The notes beneath the pieces are model-generated. The model made no database searches and was not told the origin of the DNA. It saw only the letters and a program-made list of their open reading frames with translations. Of a stretch of 64,000 nt of DNA, positions 63,040-64,000 are shown piece after piece. Made by a program: the position numbers and the translations under genes. This stretch comes from Callorhinchus milii (taxonomy: Eukaryota). How positions within the stretch are numbered: the first letter of the stretch is position 1; the number at the start of each line of letters is the position of its first letter. The stretch is from contig NW_024704743.1 in NCBI RefSeq assembly GCF_018977255.1, positions 100,938,001 through 101,002,000 of the forward strand, written 5' to 3'.

Positions 63040-63670
63040 CATAATCCATGTTTTTATCACCTCCAGGCTTGACTACGCCAATGTTCTGCTGGCCAGACTT
63101 CCTGCCTCTTCACTAAACAAGCTGCAGACCAGCCAGAACTCTGCAGTTTATGTTCTCTCCCACACCAGGCTCTGCAATCCTATCACCCCCATCCTCGCTC
63201 ACCACCACTGACTCCCCAATCCCACAGGATCAAGTTACGATCCTCGTCCTCACATTTAAAGCCCTCTGTAGTCGTGCCCCAACCTATCTCCGTGACCTTC
63301 TAAAACCTTACCGACGTGAAAGGCGCTATAAAAATGTAATTTTGTATTGTATTACCATCTCGCCCTCTACCTTTGCTCGGCTGGCACTGGCCTGTTTCAC
63401 ATCCTCTGCCCTTCAGCCTTTCTGTGCCCACTCACTAGGACTTCATCCCGGAATCCCTTAACCTTGCTCCTTCCTTCACCTCCATCAAGGCCTGTCCTAT
63501 GACCTTCCACTTTAACTGCAACTTCAGTCATCTTCCCACCATATCATCTTGGCCGCCACCCCTCCCAAATCTAACCCCCCGCTTGGGTGCAAACCCTCGA
63601 TTGTCCAGTGCCTTGGGATGTCCTCCTGATGTGAAAGGAGTTATATAAATGCAATGCTGTTCTTGTTGTA
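63040..63670 (+). mobile_element. L2 3' fragment with an extra short L2 tail inserted at about 63310-63352
   Basis: IHVFITSRLDYANVLLA..QNSAVYVL..ITPILA, with tails at about 63312 and 63630. Confidence 0.85.
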
Positions 63671-64000
63671 AGACACTGTAAAAGTGCAAGTTCTTTATAT
63701 CAGATATACTATACTTATTATTTCCATTGACCATTCAATGGAAATGGTCAATCTGAAGTTGACTGAAGAGGTGAAGAGCTGCTAATGAACAAATTTGGTG
63801 AGTGTTATCATAGGTGGAAGAGCACAAGAGATGTCTAAATCTACAAATTGCAAACCTCCTGCTTTGATTTGTCAATATGCAGTTTACAAGGGATCTTCTG
63901 CCTCAGGAAACAGAAAGAGAAAAAAACAATTTGTGTACATTACAAGGAAAACAGTGGATGTCTGAGAGCGTGTTGCAAGTTGTGAGATATTTTGTAGGGA

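Noticed and set aside
1..64000. Prokaryotic-type systems such as CRISPR arrays, operons or defence loci
   Set aside because: This is intron-rich vertebrate DNA with no regularly spaced repeat-spacer array.

Overview
Vertebrate genomic DNA, most likely from a cartilaginous fish, inferred from the mix of CR1 and L2 LINEs, Deu-domain SINEs and Penelope-type hairpins. The only clearly intact protein-coding gene is TMEM200C, a single coding exon on the minus strand (38529-40103). Converging on it from the plus strand is a multi-exon AKAP7-like 2H-phosphoesterase gene that the ORF track misses. Its five core exons (15011 to about 28020) have canonical splice sites and matching phases, but carry stops, frameshifts and a destroyed second HxT motif, so it looks like an unprocessed pseudogene. 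Candidate upstream exons extend it back to about 4760. Between the two genes is a heavily decayed region resembling a Harbinger/PIF transposon. The rest is mostly repeats, including a ~3.2 kb CR1 LINE, an L2 insertion with a 57-bp target duplication, and a long hairpin containing a hammerhead-ribozyme-like core. All homologies were judged by eye from remembered sequences, no searches were run, and repeat boundaries are approximate.
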